A stretch of DNA of 56,867 nucleotides, taken from assembly GCA_964362915.1 (NCBI GenBank), contig CAYIGH010000002.1, positions 16,757 to 73,623 on the forward strand, given 5' to 3'. Below, one piece after another: positions 54,361 to 56,867 of this stretch (position 1 is its first letter; each line of letters starts with the position of its first letter). The notes under the pieces were generated by a model. It saw only the letters and a program-made list of their open reading frames with translations. It was not told the origin of the DNA and did not search any database. The translations under genes and the position numbers were made by a program. This DNA is from Candidatus Woesearchaeota archaeon. GTDB lineage: Archaea; Nanobdellota; Nanobdellia; Pacearchaeales; GW2011-AR1.

Positions 54361-54780
54361 TTTCTAAACATTAGGTTTAATTCTTAGACCTTCAGGATAA
54401 CGCAGTATTTAAGCTTTTCGTTTCACGAACTCGCTTGTGCTATCCCTGATTACATAGACTAATCTTAAATTTATTTCATATCTCTGAAATAAATATCTTT
54501 TGGATATTTGTATTTCAAAGCTTGATCCGACGCAATGCTCTGGGACAATAGACTCGAGGGCGTGGCTCTATCGCCGCAGAGGCAAGCGTCTCAAAACCTC
54601 CAGACAGTCCTGGCAGCATGTCCCGTGCGGCTTCGGTGTCCAGTCGGTCAATCTCGCCCTCTTTGAGCCCAGGGTCTACCAATGTCGTCTACCAGCCACG
54701 CAACAGAAAATTTATCGTCCTTAATTAATAGTCACATTACCTTCAGTAAAAGTTATATAGCTTCAAAATTAAAAAATTAA

Positions 54781-56283
54781 ATGATAAAAGACAACTATCT
54801 GTCAAAAAGAGCGGTAATGTACTCTAGACATTCAGCAGAAGATAAGCAAGAATTTTCAATTCCTTTGCAGGAGGAGGAAGGAAAAAAATTTGCAGATAAA
54901 TTCAATATTAAAATCATAAAGTTTTTCAGAGACGCTGGCAAATCTGGCTTAAAAGCAGAAAATAGGCCCGATTTCTTAAAACTATATGAATATGCCAAAA
55001 CCCATAAATTTGATTATGTTCTTGTATTTGACGCAACAAGATGGGGCAGATTTCAAGATACTGATGAAGCTGCCTATTATGAGATGCTTTTTAAAAGAGA
55101 AGGAAAAAGAATAATTTACATAGAAAGGGGATTTATTGAAGATGAAAATCCATTGCTTGCATCCTTAACTAAATCTATAGATAGATATATGGCTGCAGAT
55201 TATAGTAGAAAATTAAGTGAAAAAGTTTCTCTAGGATCAAAAAAAATCGCAAGTCTTGGTTTTTCAGTAGGGGGAAAAGCACCTTATGGTCTAAAAAGAA
55301 TGCTTCTTAATTCACACAAGCAACCTGTTCGTATATTGAATGATGGTGAGCGTAAAAGCATTGATAATGAAAGAGTTACTTTCACTCCAGGAGATAAAAA
55401 AGAGATTGAAATTATAAAAAGAATATTTCATCAATTTACTGAAGAAAAATTGTTAAAAAAAGAGATTGCCCAATTATTAAACAAAGAAGGAATAAAGTCC
55501 CCGAAGGGAAAATTATGGGATACTGGTAAAGTTCATGATATCCTTAACAATGAAAATTATATAGGTACTAAAATCTATAATAAAAGAACTCAAAAATTAA
55601 AAACTCCCTCTAGAAAAAATCCTAGAGATGAATGGATAAAAGTAGAAAATGCTTTTGAGGCAATTATTTTAAAAGAATTATTTTTTAGAGTCCAAGAAAA
55701 ATTAGGACAATTAAAAGTACATTATACACAAGAAGAATTAATATCAGAATTAAAAAAAATATATAGAGAATATAAAAGAATAACCTCTCTTTTGATTAAT
55801 GAATGGAAAGAATCAAAAAATACAGCTTGTGCCAGCACATATACAAGAAGGTTTGTATCTTTATATAATGCTTACATTAAAGTTGAATATATGCCAAAGC
55901 GCGCATTTAATTTTTTTAAGAAAAGAGAAAAACAAAGACTAATTTTAGTTGGACATGTTAAGGAAAAATTAAATGTTAATGGATATAATGTTTCCTATAA
56001 AGATGAATTTCTTTATATAAATAATAAGAAAATTAATATCATTCCCTCAATTCCAAGAAAGAGGCACGGATATAAATATTGGACTTTTTATTTTGAAACA
56101 CAAAAAGTAGATTACGTTCTCTGCATAGGATTTGAAGATAAGGACGCTAAAGATATTCATAAATATTATTTATTCCCAAAAGAAATGATAAAAGAAAATA
56201 TAGTTAATATCAATGTTTCTCGCGACTCAAAATACGATGATTATATTATAGAGGATTTAAATGAAATATCTCATTTAAATTAG
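54781..56283 (+). CDS. Large serine recombinase/integrase
   Basis: Resolvase domain AVMYSRHSAEDKQ (catalytic Ser), DYVLVFDATRWGR. Recombinase domain GGKAPYGLKR, LNKEGIKSPKGKLWDTGKVHDILNNENYIG. Confidence 0.85.
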   Translation: MIKDNYLSKRAVMYSRHSAEDKQEFSIPLQEEEGKKFADKFNIKIIKFFRDAGKSGLKAENRPDFLKLYEYAKTHKFDYVLVFDATRWGRFQDTDEAAYYEMLFKREGKRIIYIERGFIEDENPLLASLTKSIDRYMAADYSRKLSEKVSLGSKKIASLGFSVGGKAPYGLKRMLLNSHKQPVRILNDGERKSIDNERVTFTPGDKKEIEIIKRIFHQFTEEKLLKKEIAQLLNKEGIKSPKGKLWDTGKVHDILNNENYIGTKIYNKRTQKLKTPSRKNPRDEWIKVENAFEAIILKELFFRVQEKLGQLKVHYTQEELISELKKIYREYKRITSLLINEWKESKNTACASTYTRRFVSLYNAYIKVEYMPKRAFNFFKKREKQRLILVGHVKEKLNVNGYNVSYKDEFLYINNKKINIIPSIPRKRHGYKYWTFYFETQKVDYVLCIGFEDKDAKDIHKYYLFPKEMIKENIVNINVSRDSKYDDYIIEDLNEISHLN

Positions 56284-56354
56284 AAAAAAATAAAGATGGC
56301 TCATCTATCTTTACAATACAAAATCGTCGCCAAATCCTCAAGTTAACAGAAACC

Positions 56355-56362
56355 TTTATAAA
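56355..56362 (+). promoter_or_regulatory. Candidate rRNA operon TATA box
   Basis: aaacctttataaatc lies about 190 nt upstream of the mature 16S 5' end. Hairpins at 56392-56422 and 56420-56445 follow in the leader. Confidence 0.35.
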
Positions 56363-56548
56363 TCAACCATTCTCCTATATCTTCGTTAAAATGGTAACTG
56401 TAATGAGTGCCTTAATGTTTACAGTCGCTTCTTTACTGAGCGACTCGCATATTAAGGTATGATGTATACGAGTTGACTTAGTTTGTAGTAACCCTAATAT
56501 TCATTTTGGAGGCAGAGTGCTAGCAGTTTTCAACTGAAATTTTTATTA

Positions 56549-56867
56549 AATCCAGTTGATCCTGCTGGGGGTTACGGCTATCTGGTTTGCACTTAGACAT
56601 GCAAGTTTCTTTGTTTCGCAAGAAGTGAAGAGCAAACTGCTCACTAACACGTAGCTAACCTGCCCTCAAGACAGCGATAACCTCGGGAAACTGAGGCTAA
56701 TAGCTGATAGGAGAAGTTTTCTGGAATGATTCTTTTCCGAAATTTATCTTGAGGATGGGGCTGCGGCTGATTAGGTTGTTGGCGGGGTAATGGCCCACCA
56801 AGCCGATGATCAGTAAGGGCTCTTAGCGGAGAGGCCCTGAGAGGGAATCTGAGACACTATTCCCAGC
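56549..56867 (+). rRNA. 16S ribosomal RNA, 5' partial (runs off window end)
   Basis: aatccagttgatcctgctggggg matches the archaeal 16S 5' terminus (ATTCCGGTTGATCCTGCCGGAGG). ..ctaacacgt.., ..gggaaactg..gctaatac-like and ..ctgagacac.. follow in conserved order. Confidence 0.9.

Larger units (their letters stand above)
53535..54725. other. Compositionally foreign (markedly GC-richer) segment carrying VapBC
   Basis: The switch from about 30% GC to clearly higher GC is visible by eye. It includes two non-coding or degenerate GC-rich stretches, 53535-53770 and 54510-54725. Confidence 0.6.

Noticed and set aside
1-56867. Scan for CRISPR arrays, tRNA genes and long tandem repeats.
   Set aside because: No regularly spaced direct repeats of 24-40 nt and no cloverleaf-compatible GC-rich 70-90 nt segments were recognised by eye. 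This should be confirmed with tRNAscan-SE and a CRISPR finder.

Overview
Low-GC (about 30%) archaeal contig. The gene content fits a reduced DPANN-type archaeon: r-proteins L32e/L19e/S4e, PCNA, PriS-type primase, proteasome alpha, exosome Rrp4/41/42, SBDS, RpoK, and the 5' end of an archaeal 16S rRNA at the window edge.

Layout:
- (a) 1-13.6 kb: minus-strand type IV pilus-like locus with a FlaI/VirB11-type ATPase, two T2SS-F platform genes and five class-III-signal-peptide pilin-like genes. It is interrupted at 1.7-8.1 kb by accessory DNA: an ArmA/Rmt-like methyltransferase, an IS91-family transposase, a RelE-type TA pair, a decayed subtilase/beta-helix surface gene and another secreted protein.
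- (b) 13.7-21.8 kb: thioredoxin reductase/glutaredoxin, a YbaK-type deacylase, a membrane-anchored SNase-LTD nuclease and large Cys-rich surface proteins.
- (c) 21.8-24.4 kb: primase and PCNA.
- (d) 24.4-28.4 kb: small accessory/defence-like island with a Trypco2-like ORF, tiny TM ORFs, a beta-class DNA methyltransferase, a MORC-like GHKL ATPase and two unknown ORFs.
- (e) 28.6-44.4 kb: the archaeal r-protein superoperon from L3 to SecY/DUF106.
- (f) 44.4-52.9 kb: proteasome/SBDS/exosome/RpoK/enolase/S2.
- (g) 52.9-56.3 kb: mobile patch with an IS630 remnant, a GC-rich VapBC island and a large serine recombinase, directly upstream of the 16S rRNA gene.

The most unusual signal is in (e) and (f). 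At least six orphan ORFs of about 100-140 aa share short motifs. Together with a DEDDh exonuclease, they are wedged between r-protein and exosome genes that are normally contiguous, using the same coupled junctions as the canonical genes. No CRISPR array or tRNA gene was recognised.
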